Origin: Octopus bimaculoides | Taxonomy: Eukaryota | DNA: 34,423 nt | Assembly (NCBI RefSeq): GCF_001194135.2 | Contig: NC_068993.1 | Span: forward strand, 14,357,700-14,392,122 | Direction: 5' to 3' | Shown here: positions 34,379 to 34,423 of the stretch, piece by piece | How positions within the stretch are numbered: position 1 is the first letter of the stretch | How the letters are laid out: every line of letters starts with the position of its first letter | Position numbers and translations under genes: made by a program | The notes under the pieces: model-generated | The model's database searches: none | What the model was told of the DNA's origin: nothing | Seen by the model: the letters and a program-made list of their open reading frames with translations, nothing else

Positions 34379-34423
<45 letters not shown>
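34379..34423. repeat. (AT)n microsatellite at window end
   Basis: Perfect AT run. Confidence 0.98.

Overview
AT-rich eukaryotic genomic DNA from a short-read scaffold, with seven N-gaps, each flanked on at least one side by (AT)n/(CA)n microsatellites. The SINE families and microsatellite load point to an octopus/coleoid cephalopod genome; this is inferred from recalled repeat consensus sequences, not from a search. No protein-coding gene can be named with confidence, and most ORFs in the supplied track are microsatellite or N-gap artefacts. What is well supported is a dense set of transposable-element remnants: a CR1/L2-group LINE 3' end, an RTE LINE fragment, a ~1.7 kb Penelope-like element (RT plus GIY-YIG), a mariner transposase relic, a mariner MITE with TA target duplication, about 9 copies of a Nin/Deu-domain-like tRNA SINE and three other SINE families, one intact with a 14-bp TSD. 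The best host-gene candidate is a phase-1/phase-1 exon at 21548-21808 with an LRRCT-like cysteine pattern. Other points of interest are a head-to-head SINE pair that could form an ADAR substrate, a strong SINE orientation bias, and a LINE 3' tail resembling a SINE tail. No novel system can be demonstrated from sequence alone.
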